The translations under genes and the position numbers were made by a program. Shown here piece after piece: positions 27,411 through 36,762 of a stretch of 64,000 nt of DNA. A model generated the notes under the pieces. The model was given only the letters and a program-made list of their open reading frames with translations, was not told where the DNA came from and searched no databases. Where the stretch lies: positions 8,559 to 72,558 of the forward strand of contig JBDKFG010000016.1 of assembly GCA_039798785.1 (NCBI GenBank). The letters are read 5' to 3'. How positions within the stretch are numbered: position 1 is the stretch's first letter; each line of letters begins with the position of its first letter. The stretch is from Verrucomicrobiota bacterium (GTDB lineage: Bacteria; Verrucomicrobiota; Lentisphaeria; Lentisphaerales; Lentisphaeraceae).

Positions 27411-28685
27411 TCAGAATTGCCAAGTCAGTTCGAGACTGAGGCCGCTAGCCGGAGCTTGATCATCCTGGATGCGGTGGATCACGGTGCTGGCGACTTCGAT
27501 GTCGTTGCGGAGCTGCCAGGAATGGCGCAGCGCGGCGGCGCCGCCGCGTTGGCTGTCGGCGGTGACTGTGGCGACTTCGAGGGTCAATTCCTGCCGCGGG
27601 CACAGCTTCCATGCCATGCCTGCGGCGGCACCCCGGGCTAAGCCGCGGCCGGCCTCCAGCACCGGCCGCGGTGCCAAGGGGTCGAAGGCGAAGCAGATGC
27701 CAGCTTCGCGAAAGAGGCCGGGACGGCGCCGGTCGCGGAGAAGCGGCGACTCCTGGTCGCCGCAGAACCCGTTCAGATAAGGCGAGAAACCGTCGAGATC
27801 GAGACGGTTGCGGGCCAGAAGCGCGAAGCCGTCGTGACTCTGGCCTTTCACCGCAGTGCCAGTGATGCCGGAGCTCCAAAGGCCGAAACGCCCGTTCCAG
27901 CCGAGCATCGGCGAAAACTCGTGCTCTCGTTCGGCCCTGAGTCCCGCCAGGCCCCATTCGAAGCGGCCTAGATCACTGTCGGCAAACTGCTGCAGGCCCA
28001 TCAGGGCTTCGGCGCTGTCGTCCTGACGCGGGGCCCACGCTTCTCCGCTGCCGGCGAAGATTACCGAGCCGGAGTCGTTGCCGTCACAGCCAGGTAGAGG
28101 CCAGGGGCTGCTGCAGACGCCGCCGATGATCGCGTCGTCGATCCACAGGCCTTGGCCGAGACGGAGCGGCACCAGCCCGAGCGCGAGGCGAGATTCGAAG
28201 TCGGCGGGCTGTCCCGACAAGGACGAGCTCATGGTGCCTAGGTCGGTCTCGAAGTAGAGTGATTCCGGGTGCAGATCGGGGGCGTGTGGAGCGTCTTCGG
28301 CGCCCCAGGCGAGGCTGCGCCTTGCGTCGGCGTCAAGGCCGGGCAGGAAGCGGGCATGGAAGCGTTCGCTTGGCGTCAGTTTCCAGTCTGCCTGGATGTC
28401 GCCGGCAAGGGTGAGTCCTGGCTTCGTGCCTCCTTGGCGGCTCCAGGCTGAGGCGCTGCGGAGCTCGCCCCAGACTGCGGCGCTGGGGCGGACGAGGTTG
28501 CGATTCCCCCAGAGATTCAATCCGGGGCCGGGGTCGGCAGGGAAGAGTCCGGGCCCGAGGCTGAATCTGGGGCGGCGGTCTTCCGCCGCTTCGGCTGTCG
28601 GCAGGGGGCTGGCGTCATGGGCGGGAGGCGGCGGATCCGGGGGGAATTCCGGGGAGGCGGCGAGGAGGAGGCAGGCTGCGATCAT
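27411..28685 (-). CDS. Probable outer-membrane beta-barrel protein
   Basis: Signal peptide, alternating amphipathic segments and C-terminal LELTWQF; overlaps the multiheme cytochrome gene. Confidence 0.5.
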   Translation of the reverse strand: MIAACLLLAASPEFPPDPPPPAHDASPLPTAEAAEDRRPRFSLGPGLFPADPGPGLNLWGNRNLVRPSAAVWGELRSASAWSRQGGTKPGLTLAGDIQADWKLTPSERFHARFLPGLDADARRSLAWGAEDAPHAPDLHPESLYFETDLGTMSSSLSGQPADFESRLALGLVPLRLGQGLWIDDAIIGGVCSSPWPLPGCDGNDSGSVIFAGSGEAWAPRQDDSAEALMGLQQFADSDLGRFEWGLAGLRAEREHEFSPMLGWNGRFGLWSSGITGTAVKGQSHDGFALLARNRLDLDGFSPYLNGFCGDQESPLLRDRRRPGLFREAGICFAFDPLAPRPVLEAGRGLARGAAAGMAWKLCPRQELTLEVATVTADSQRGGAAALRHSWQLRNDIEVASTVIHRIQDDQAPASGLSLELTWQF

Positions 28686-30313
28686 GGCTGTGCTCCGATC
28701 CGGAGCTGGCGTTGACCGAAGTCGTCGATCTCAGCTCCGTAGGCCGCTGCGAGTGGCGGCTCGGCGCCGAGGGCCGAGGCGAGCTGAGGCGGGACCGCTC
28801 GGCTCCGCATGCGGAAGAGGAGAGTCGCTCCGCCGGCGGGGATGCGGTCCGCCGGCAGCGACCAGCTGAGCTGCCGGCGCGCGCCTGGCGCCAGACGGCG
28901 GTCGAGCTTGAGCAGTGGGCTGTGCCAAGGCGCCAGCGCGGCCGGAGAATCGGACGGTCTCAGGCGGCCTGGCATGGCCTTGGCTCCCGCCGGGAGAAAG
29001 TATTCCGGATGGAAAGCCTGGAGCTGATCGGGTTCGATCCTTCCTTGAGGGTCGAGGCCGCCAGATCTCCATAGGCAGGTGCCGTCGTCGCCGATCAGGG
29101 CAAGCTCGGCCCAGGTTTCGGCGGCGCTCCAGTAGGAGCCGGCGGGGAAGGCGTGGCCGGGGTGCGCTTCGGCTGAAATGTCGACTGCCAGGGTCTCGCC
29201 CTTGCGCCGCGATCGCAGCTCCCCGAGCTTCAATCCGTTTTCAAGCAGGTTCTTGCGTCTTAGACGCGCCGCGCTGCGTGCTTTGAGATTGGAGTCGATC
29301 ACTGTCGCCGCGTCGATTCGTTGGCGGGAGCTGCGCCACTCGCGAGGCAGGCGCCTGACGCTTGCCGGGGAGTCTTCGAAATCGGCTTCGACGTCGATGC
29401 GGCCCCAGGAGGCTCGCCAGTCGAAGAGCTGCCATTCCGCCGGGGTGAAGAGTGCGCTGTTGCGGTGCGCCGGGAAGAGCCCGGGATGGAGAACCGAGGC
29501 GCCGGCCGAGTTGAAGGAGTGGTCTGAGCAGCGGCGGCCAGGATTGAGGATTTTCGCGTCGACCATGGCGCTGGCGCCGAGAGGGCGTAGTGAAGGTCTT
29601 CCCGCCTCGGAGCCCATGTGGCAGTCCTGACAGGATATTCCCTGGGCTCTCGCCGGTGATCGAAGATGCGAGCTCCATGTGTCGGCGTGGAGCAGGCCGG
29701 GGGCGAGCTCCGCTTGGTGGCAGGTGGCGCAGAAGTCCGACTCCCGGATCGGCGCGAAGGCGACGGTCTCGAGGTGCACCTTGCGGCCGGGCTCGGCATC
29801 GCTGCGGGCGACGCCGTATTTCTGGGCTTCCCCCAGCACTTCGTGCAAGGCGGTTCCGTCGTGGGGGCCGAAGACGGCGCTGAACATGCCGCCCGGGATC
29901 AGTCGGCGTTCGCCGTTGACTCTCCCGAAGGCTTCTCCGACACGATGGCAGGCGATGCAGCCAACGCCGTCCCGCGCGCTCTGCGGCAGTTCTTCGGCGG
30001 CCTGCAGGGCAGACAGTCCGGCGGCGCGTCCGGCAGGCAGGTGGCAGCCGGAGCAGCTTTGAACCGCTTCCAGGCCCTGATGTGCTGCGAATCTGCCGGC
30101 CAGCTGGAACAGGGGGGAGAGAGAGGCCTGGGCATGGGCTGAGCCGCGCCATTGCTCGTACTGGCGTTGATGGCAGGCGGCGCAATCCTGCGACGAAGGG
30201 AAGTTCTTTTCGGTGTAGAGCCGGGCATGGGCCGCTGCCGCTGCTGCGGGGCTTGCGGCTTCCGCATCCGGGGAAGGGGCGGCCAGGAGCAGGATGGCGG
30301 CGAGCAGGGTCAT
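28682..30313 (-). CDS. Multiheme c-type cytochrome (c554-like, 5 CxxCH)
   Basis: CAACH, CSGCH, CIACH, CATCH and CQDCH; signal peptide; W.GS.HA and GH.FP.G motifs. Confidence 0.85.
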   Translation of the reverse strand: MTLLAAILLLAAPSPDAEAASPAAAAAAHARLYTEKNFPSSQDCAACHQRQYEQWRGSAHAQASLSPLFQLAGRFAAHQGLEAVQSCSGCHLPAGRAAGLSALQAAEELPQSARDGVGCIACHRVGEAFGRVNGERRLIPGGMFSAVFGPHDGTALHEVLGEAQKYGVARSDAEPGRKVHLETVAFAPIRESDFCATCHQAELAPGLLHADTWSSHLRSPARAQGISCQDCHMGSEAGRPSLRPLGASAMVDAKILNPGRRCSDHSFNSAGASVLHPGLFPAHRNSALFTPAEWQLFDWRASWGRIDVEADFEDSPASVRRLPREWRSSRQRIDAATVIDSNLKARSAARLRRKNLLENGLKLGELRSRRKGETLAVDISAEAHPGHAFPAGSYWSAAETWAELALIGDDGTCLWRSGGLDPQGRIEPDQLQAFHPEYFLPAGAKAMPGRLRPSDSPAALAPWHSPLLKLDRRLAPGARRQLSWSLPADRIPAGGATLLFRMRSRAVPPQLASALGAEPPLAAAYGAEIDDFGQRQLRIGAQP

Positions 30314-30430
30314 GGCGGCTACCGGGATTGCGTTATGGAAGACCTAGGACTCAGGCAGTGACACGGAGTTCCCGGCATCCAAGAGAAAGCCGGCCGGATG
30401 ACCGGCCGGCTTGCGGAAGCTTGGCGGGAA

Positions 30431-30679
30431 TCAGGCGTCCTTGCCGATTGAGGAGACCGGGCAGTCGTCAAGCTGTTCCTGGCACAGCGAGATCTCGGCG
30501 TCGGTCACGGGCTGCTTCCAGACGTAGGCGTTGCCTTGGTCGTCTTCGCGGAAGAATTCAGGAGCGGCGCCGTAGCATAGGCCGCAGGCGATGCAGCCTT
30601 CGCCGTTGCTGTCTTCCGAGTCGGTGCAGTACCAGGCGCCGGCCACGTTCAGTTTGTTGGCGGCATTCTTGTTGGCCAT
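30431..30679 (-). CDS. Ferredoxin
   Basis: CIACGLC...CPVSSIG Fe-S motif. Confidence 0.9.
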   Translation of the reverse strand: MANKNAANKLNVAGAWYCTDSEDSNGEGCIACGLCYGAAPEFFREDDQGNAYVWKQPVTDAEISLCQEQLDDCPVSSIGKDA

Positions 30680-30878
30680 GATTGCGATTCCTTGGGCTTC
30701 GTTGGGTTTTGTGTCGGCCGCAAAAGTAGAGCCGGGGCGCTAAACTGCAACGCTTGAAACGCATGAAAACTCTGGAGCGATGGCTGCAGAAGGCGGAATG
30801 CCCTCAGGTTTTCGGAAGGCGCGCGGAGATCTCTTTCCGATTCTTCGCCATCCCCAGGGGCGGCGTGTAGCCGGGATC

Positions 30879-30908
30879 AAAAACGCGCCCTGGCGGGGCG
30901 CGTTTTTT
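30879..30908. terminator. Bidirectional intrinsic terminator
   Basis: AAAAACGCGCCC...GGGCGCGTTTTTT. Confidence 0.75.
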
Positions 30909-30931
30909 CTGAGTGATCTTCTGGCCGGGGA

Positions 30932-31471
30932 TCAGGGAGTGATCTTGCCGGTGGCGATCATGTAGCGTACCAGCAGCTCGGCCTCTTCGGCGTTGATGCC
31001 GGCGTTGGGGGGCATCGGGATGGGCGATTTGTAGTTCGAGGCCTTGCCGGCGGTGCCGGAAACAACGCTGGCGGCGGCAGCTTTGATCAGCGCTTCGTCG
31101 GCACCGAGGCGGGCGGCGATCATCTTGATCGAGGGGCCGGCGCCAGGGGCGTCGGGCTGGTGGCAGGCGGCGCACATCGCGGCTTTAGGCAGCACAGCCT
31201 TCGCCTTGACCATGTCGACTGCAGGAGCCTTGGGGGCTTCGGCCTTGGGGGCTTCGGCCTTGGGGGCTTCGGCCTTGGGGGCTTCGGCCTTGGGGGCTTC
31301 GGCCTTGGGGGCTTCGGCCTTCACTGCGACGGCGTGACCGCCGTTGTGGTGGGCGTAGCCTTGGTGGGCGTTTTCGCGCAGCTTGACGCCTTCAACGGCA
31401 ATCAAGGTGGCGCAGCCGAAAGCGACGCCGAGGGTCATGACGACGCCGGTGTTCCAGACGGGATTGGACAT
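30932..31471 (-). CDS. Membrane-anchored monoheme cytochrome c (c551/c552-like)
   Basis: CAACH, GPS and PMPPN (axial Met); N-terminal TM helix and (AEAPK)6 linker. Confidence 0.85.
   Translation of the reverse strand: MSNPVWNTGVVMTLGVAFGCATLIAVEGVKLRENAHQGYAHHNGGHAVAVKAEAPKAEAPKAEAPKAEAPKAEAPKAEAPKAPAVDMVKAKAVLPKAAMCAACHQPDAPGAGPSIKMIAARLGADEALIKAAAASVVSGTAGKASNYKSPIPMPPNAGINAEEAELLVRYMIATGKITP
31227..31321. repeat. 15-bp coding tandem repeat (GCCTTGGGGGCTTCG x6 + partial)
   Basis: Six perfect units at 31227, 31242, 31257, 31272, 31287 and 31302. Confidence 0.95.
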
Positions 31472-31735
31472 GTCGGGTATCTCCTTATGTGACTAGGTCG
31501 TTTTTTTGGTGTTGCGGAAGCCGGGCAATCTAGCATGTCTAGATCGGTGCGCGACGAGGGAGAGTGAGAAAAATCTTCGGAACATGTTGAAAACAGGGTC
31601 GAGAAGAGGTTTGACAGGGGAGAATGCCGGATTAGTTTGGATGCCCGCCGCCGAGCTCGACCTGAAGCCAGATTGTCAGGCCCGACGGAACCCCATCTCC
31701 AAAAGAAACCAGAATCCAACCCCGGAGTTCCCCAA

Positions 31736-31921
31736 GTGCCGTCCGAAGTCAACACCAAGAAGGGTGAGCCCATCGAAAAGGCTCTCAGAAGGCTGAAAAA
31801 GAAACTGGACCGTGAAGGCGTTCTGCGCGAACTGCGCAACCGTCGCCACTACGAAAAGCCCAGCGAGATCCGCCGCCGCGAAGAAAAACGCATCGCCAAG
31901 CGCATCACCAAGCCCAGCTGA
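31736..31921 (+). CDS. rpsU: 30S ribosomal protein bS21
   Basis: GTG start after GGAG; GEPIEKALRRLKKK..REG...HYEKPS. Confidence 0.92.
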   Translation: MPSEVNTKKGEPIEKALRRLKKKLDREGVLRELRNRRHYEKPSEIRRREEKRIAKRITKPS

Positions 31922-32018
31922 AGCCCACCAGGCTTTTTTGCAGGACTAGCACGAGTGCAGCCGGTATACCGCAAGGTCGCCGGCTTTCCTCGTATCTGCA
32001 CAACATTCGGGGCGCTCG

Positions 32019-32957
32019 ATGAAGTCCTTATTGACTCTTTGCATCCTTCTGCTGATCTGCCTCGCCTGGGGATTGTTTGCCGGCGCGCCTCTCCCCGCGG
32101 ATGACTGGCGGGATTCCGACGGGATCCTCTGGTCTTTGCGGGCGCCGCGACTGGTGACGGGCCTCCTCTGCGGGGGTGTTTTGTCGCTCTCCGGCATGGC
32201 GCTTCAGGGTAGCCTGCGCAACGAGCTGGCTTCCCCCTTTACTCTCGGCCTCAGTTCCGGCGCCGCCTTTTTCGCCGGATTGGGACTGGTGGCCGGCCTT
32301 TCCGGCTTGATGCTGCCGCCCCTGGCTTTCTGCGGTGCCCTCGCGGCAGGGGCGCTCACCCTCGGCGCCGCCGGACGCCGTGGGGACTGCGTCCGTCTCG
32401 TCCTGGCTGGTGCCGCAGCTGGCTTCCTCTTCGGTGCAGGGATCGCCTTGGTGCAGTCGCTCGCCGGTCCGGAAAAAGCCGGGCGCCTGTCCTTAATGAT
32501 GATCGGTCGCCTCGATTGCCTGGGCTGGAGTGTTCCCGGGCTTCTCGCGCTCCTCCTGGCTTTTTGCGGCCTCAGCCTTTGGCGGCGGCGCCACAGTCTC
32601 GATCAGCTGCTCTGCGGTGACGAACTGGCCGGCAGCCGTGGCGTCGACGTTGTCGCAGAGCGCCGTGGCTGTCTCGTCATCGCCGCCCTCCTTGCCGGGA
32701 CCGCCACGGCTCTTTGCGGGCCGATCGGCTTTGTCTGCATCGCCGGACCGCATCTCGCCCGCCATCTGGCAGGTCCTTCGCATCGTGTCCAGATCCCCGC
32801 CGCCATCCTTTGCGGCGGACTCTTCCTGTCTCTCTGCGACAGCTTCGGGCGCAGCCTGTCGCCGGATTGCGAAATTCCAGCCGGAGCCATCAGCGCTCTT
32901 GCCGGTTGTCCATTTTTTCTTTTTCTTTTGCGGCGCAGTTCTTTCAGGAATAATTAA
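32019..32957 (+). CDS. FecCD/BtuC-family ABC transporter permease
   Basis: LRAPR, RNELASPFTLGLSSGA, GPIGFV and EIPAG motifs. Confidence 0.88.
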   Translation: MKSLLTLCILLLICLAWGLFAGAPLPADDWRDSDGILWSLRAPRLVTGLLCGGVLSLSGMALQGSLRNELASPFTLGLSSGAAFFAGLGLVAGLSGLMLPPLAFCGALAAGALTLGAAGRRGDCVRLVLAGAAAGFLFGAGIALVQSLAGPEKAGRLSLMMIGRLDCLGWSVPGLLALLLAFCGLSLWRRRHSLDQLLCGDELAGSRGVDVVAERRGCLVIAALLAGTATALCGPIGFVCIAGPHLARHLAGPSHRVQIPAAILCGGLFLSLCDSFGRSLSPDCEIPAGAISALAGCPFFLFLLRRSSFRNN

Positions 32958-33037
32958 TGGTTCTGATTGCTAGCTTTCCCGGTGGTTTGGCCTTATCGTA
33001 ACTCTCAGGTAGCATTCCTTGAACAAGGAGCGGTTTT

Positions 33038-34177
33038 ATGGAGAGAAACGGCAATCCCGTCGTCCTCATCGTCGACGACAATCCCCAGAATCTGCGCGTC
33101 TGCAGCCAGATGCTGGCGAGCATGGGGATTGAAACCCTGATTTCGATGGATGGACTGCAGGCGCTCGACTCGGTCCGCTCGATGCCGCCGGACCTCATCC
33201 TTCTTGATATTCATATGCCGCGGATGGATGGTTATGAATGCTGCCGCCGCCTCAAGGCCGATCCCGCTTCCAGCCAGATCCCGGTGATCTTCCTTTCGGC
33301 CATGAACGACGAATTCAACAAGGTCCTCGCGTTTGAATGCGGCGCCATCGACTACATCTCCAAGCCCTTCCAAGTGGAGGAAGTGAAGAGCAGGATCAGC
33401 ACCCACCTCCAGATCGCCCATCAGCGTGCCGAGATGATGGCGATGATGGGGGAATTGAAGGAAATGAACCGTACCATCGGCGAGCTTCTGCAGATCGTCA
33501 CTCACGACCTCTCCAATCCCATCGGTGTGATCCTTCATGACGTCAGTCATCTCAAAAATCTTGAGGATCCGGTGCTTGCCAAGCGGGTCAAACGCATCTC
33601 CGATTCCGCCGCTCTGGCGCACGGCTTGATCGATTGCGTCCGCGAGTGGCGCCGGATAGAAAGCCAGGGAGTGCAGCTCGAGTTTTCCAACCTCCTGGGT
33701 GAAATCCAGCGTGCCGCCGCGGTTCTCGACAGTCGCCTGCAAGCCAAAGGGCTCAAGATGGAGATCGACATCTCTCCCGACTTGGAGACCATGGTCGAGA
33801 AGCGTTCCTTCTCGCTTTCGGTGTTGAGCAACATCCTCAGCAACGCGATCAAGTTCTCACACCCCGGCGGCTTGATCAGGATCAACGCCGAAGTCCATGC
33901 CGGACTGTTGCAGCTTCGAATCAGCGACCAAGGGATTGGCATACCTCAGCCTGATATCGGGAAGCTGTTCGACGCCAGCAAGTCGCAAAGTCGCATCGGC
34001 ACCGCCGGCGAACAGGGCACGGGCTTTGGTCTCTCGATCGTCAAGCGACTCATGGATGCCTATGAGGGCTCGGTCAGCATCAATTCGGTCAGCGAGGCAG
34101 ATTCGCCGGATAGTCACGGCACCATCGTCACGCTCACCTTCACCCGTTGGCGAGCCGGCTCCGCCGTAGCCCGCTGA
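33038..34177 (+). CDS. Hybrid response regulator / histidine kinase
   Basis: Receiver (IVDD, LLDIHMP, KPF), HisKA (THDLSNP) and HATPase (NAIKF, DQGIG, GTGFGL). Confidence 0.92.
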   Translation: MERNGNPVVLIVDDNPQNLRVCSQMLASMGIETLISMDGLQALDSVRSMPPDLILLDIHMPRMDGYECCRRLKADPASSQIPVIFLSAMNDEFNKVLAFECGAIDYISKPFQVEEVKSRISTHLQIAHQRAEMMAMMGELKEMNRTIGELLQIVTHDLSNPIGVILHDVSHLKNLEDPVLAKRVKRISDSAALAHGLIDCVREWRRIESQGVQLEFSNLLGEIQRAAAVLDSRLQAKGLKMEIDISPDLETMVEKRSFSLSVLSNILSNAIKFSHPGGLIRINAEVHAGLLQLRISDQGIGIPQPDIGKLFDASKSQSRIGTAGEQGTGFGLSIVKRLMDAYEGSVSINSVSEADSPDSHGTIVTLTFTRWRAGSAVAR

Positions 34178-34194
34178 AGATCTCCGAGTCCATC

Positions 34195-34222
34195 AAAAAG
34201 CCCCGGCGCGCCGGGGCTTTTT
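34195..34222. terminator. Bidirectional intrinsic terminator
   Basis: AAAAAGCCCCGGC/GCCGGGGCTTTTT between convergent genes. Confidence 0.8.
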
Positions 34223-34224
34223 GA

Positions 34225-35283
34225 TCAGCGCCTTCTTGCGCCCTGGATCGCTTTTTGCACGTTCTTTCGCGTCCGGGCCAGTTTTTTCGCGAGGTCCGTC
34301 GCTTTGTCGGCGGCTTGGTCACGCTGCTTTTCCAAGGCCAGTTTCTGCGCTTGCAGGGCGGCAAGATCGGCAGGCGCGGCTTCAGCCAGCTTTGCCGTCA
34401 GGGCGATCAGCTGGGTGTGCAGCTGCCCCTCAGTTTGCGCCGCTTCGAGGTAGGGCTGGGCATTGGCGTTTTCCTTGAATTCGTCGCCGTCGAGGACCAG
34501 GGCCTTGCCGAGTTCGGCGATCGGAGCGCCATTTTCGGTTTTCAGATTCTGGTCGGAGAAGCTGGCTACATGGAGGTTGTTTTTGCGGTTGTGGGCGATC
34601 TTGAAACCGCTCGCCGCGGCGCCGACGAATTCTTTTCCGTCATCGGACATCTTGATCTTGAACCCCGAGCCCTTGGGGACGTTGATGCGGGCGTCGCAGT
34701 AGGAGTTCTCCTTGCCCTCATGATCGGAGGTGGCGACCTCCGCACCGGCGCCGAGCTTGCTGATCTTGAAGCCGCTGGGATTGACGTAGATCTCCCCCTT
34801 GCTGCACTTGAAGGCTTGAGCTCCTTCGATCTTGCCCGCCGGATCGCCGACGCTGACTTCGAAATGGGTGCCGACGTGACCGCAGACCGCGCTCGGCGTG
34901 TCCACCGTCAGGCTGTGGTCCTTAGGGAAGGAGTCAAGCTCCAGTGCTACCGTGCCGCCGACCACTTTGACCTTTGGATGCTTGATATTGGGCGAGCTCA
35001 GGCTGATCATCGTCTGAGGCAGGATCCGGACCTTGTTGCCGGCCGAGAACTCAATCGTCATCTGGGCTCGCACGGTCTTGATGCTTGCCGGGAAGGGATA
35101 GAACTTGCCGGTCTCGACTTTGCCGTAGGGGGATTTGTCGTCGGCGCGGATGGAGGCAGAGGGATCGCTGACATCCAGAACTTTGAAGCCGGTGATTGCG
35201 GGCGCAGCGTCATCGGCGGCGCGGATCATGGGGGCAAAGGCGGGGAGGAGCAGAAGAAGGCGGGCGGCTTCGCGGCGATTCAT
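34225..35283 (-). CDS. Exported FecR-like domain protein
   Basis: Tat-like MNRRE signal; VDTPSAVCGHVGTHFEV..CSKGEI FecR-like strands; C-terminal coiled coil. Confidence 0.6.
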   Translation of the reverse strand: MNRREAARLLLLLPAFAPMIRAADDAAPAITGFKVLDVSDPSASIRADDKSPYGKVETGKFYPFPASIKTVRAQMTIEFSAGNKVRILPQTMISLSSPNIKHPKVKVVGGTVALELDSFPKDHSLTVDTPSAVCGHVGTHFEVSVGDPAGKIEGAQAFKCSKGEIYVNPSGFKISKLGAGAEVATSDHEGKENSYCDARINVPKGSGFKIKMSDDGKEFVGAAASGFKIAHNRKNNLHVASFSDQNLKTENGAPIAELGKALVLDGDEFKENANAQPYLEAAQTEGQLHTQLIALTAKLAEAAPADLAALQAQKLALEKQRDQAADKATDLAKKLARTRKNVQKAIQGARRR

Positions 35284-35391
35284 TTTTGGACCTCTTGGGT
35301 GGGCTGTTGCACCTAGACCAATATACACACGGATGGCGCTTTCCCGCAATGATCTGCCTGTAAGGACTTGAATCAGGATGACTGGATTGAA

Positions 35392-35489
35392 AAGCGAGGC
35401 GCCTACTTTCGTAAGCGCCTCGCGTTGCAATCAAATGGTGGTGGGCCCACACGGATTCGAACCGTGAACCAAGGGATTATGAGACCCCT
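35392..35489. repeat. att site (left): 3' 51 nt of the tRNA plus downstream hairpin
   Basis: Identical to 56136..56233 (AAGCGAGGCGCC...TATGAGACCCCT). Confidence 0.95.
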
Positions 35490-35658
35490 AATTTTGTGCT
35501 TAAATCGCGTCATATTCCCACTGAAATTCCCACTACAGGCCACTTTGTCGCGTTTTGCGACATGTGGGATTTTATGGCTAGCCAAGGAGTGATAGAGTGA
35601 TAGATAGCGGCGGCGAAGAGTGGGCGTATCTTGTTCCAATGACCTCGGAGTTCCCTAC

Positions 35659-35814
35659 ATGCGCCAATCTGCTAAACCCGCCGCCGCTTCTGCCAAGCCG
35701 TCTAACACCACGGCTTCGTCTTCCCCCGCGTCCAAGCCTCGGATGCCTCTGCAAGAAGCGCTGAAGCGCACCAATGAGCGCTTCGGTAACTGCCTGCGCA
35801 AGCTGGGTGAGTGA
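35659..35814 (+). CDS. Probable antitoxin of Doc (minimal, 51 aa)
   Basis: GGAG RBS; directly upstream of doc; C-terminal EALKRTNERFGNCLRKLGE resembles the neutralising helix of Doc antitoxins. Confidence 0.55.
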   Translation: MRQSAKPAAASAKPSNTTASSSPASKPRMPLQEALKRTNERFGNCLRKLGE

Positions 35815-35821
35815 CGCCGGG

Positions 35822-36214
35822 ATGGAGCCTTATTTCCTCTCTATGGATGAGGTCTTGGCGATCCATCAAGACCAGATTGACCGCTATGGCGGCGAAGTCG
35901 CGCTGCGGGATGCCGGACTTCTCGAAAGCGCGGTTATGCAGCCGCAAGCCTCTTTCGCCGACTATCTCTATTCATTTCCCTTCGGCATGGCTGCGGCCTA
36001 TCTCTGCGGTCTGATCAAGAATCACGCCTTCATCGATGGCAACAAGCGCACTGCTACTGCCGCCGCCGTGGTCTTCCTGCTGATGAATGGTTGGGAGCTG
36101 GAAATGGAAGAGATGGACTTGTGTCGACTCAGCATTCACGCCGCTTGCGGCGAGATCGGGCAAGAGCAAGTCGCCACGGTGTTACAAGTCTACGCTCGCC
36201 CTTTGGTGGATTGA
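35822..36214 (+). CDS. doc: Doc (death-on-curing) Fic-family toxin
   Basis: IH..QIDRYGG...RDAGLLESA and HAFIDGNKRTA Doc motif. Confidence 0.9.
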   Translation: MEPYFLSMDEVLAIHQDQIDRYGGEVALRDAGLLESAVMQPQASFADYLYSFPFGMAAAYLCGLIKNHAFIDGNKRTATAAAVVFLLMNGWELEMEEMDLCRLSIHAACGEIGQEQVATVLQVYARPLVD

Positions 36215-36216
36215 GC

Positions 36217-36387
36217 ATGACCAAGCCTATTGAACTCACGCCGACTCTGAGCCATGCAGCTTATCGCCGCATAGTCGAGCAAGTGCGCGCCAATGAGGGC
36301 AAGCCGCTGCCGAAAGGCTCGCGCCCGATTATTGATTTGATCCGACGCAAGATGCGTACGGAGAGCGCCGCCTCGCGCCCGTCTTGA
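36217..36387 (+). CDS. Small hypothetical protein (56 aa)
   Basis: ATG 2 nt after the doc stop, preceded by GGA; MTKPIELTPTLSH... Confidence 0.4.
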   Translation: MTKPIELTPTLSHAAYRRIVEQVRANEGKPLPKGSRPIIDLIRRKMRTESAASRPS

Positions 36388-36762
36388 CTTCATGCTGCTG
36401 GCTCTTTTATCGGCACCCTTTACAGGCTGCGCCCTTGCGGCCTGCATCGCTCTTGCCTGCCGCTGGAAAGGAGATAGCTTGCGGTGGGTGTCACAGAGCT
36501 TGCCATTGTGGTGGGTGTAGTGCGACACTCATTGAAGCGCTCCCATCTGTTTCCAGCTGTCGAAGGTGGCAGATGCGTAGCTCCGGGCGAGGTGCATTGC
36601 TTTTCCGGTGCATCGCTTCAAGCTTCAAGCTTGAAGCGCTCCCACTTGTTGGCGGCTGCCGAAGTCGACAGGTGCATAGCCATGAGTGAGGTTCCCTGCT
36701 TGCTTTTGGTGCCGCTTAATTTCCTCTTGTTTTGGCGGATCTGTCGTGGCTACTTAGCTGCG

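Noticed and set aside
35284..35430. Shared N-terminus MQREALTKVGASL of the ORF-track FecR-like protein and integrase
   Set aside because: Both extensions come from reading through the att repeat; more plausible starts are 35283 and 55982
35439..35489. Second tRNA gene
   Set aside because: Only the 3' 51 nt are present; the D-arm and 5' acceptor strand are missing, so this is the att duplicate
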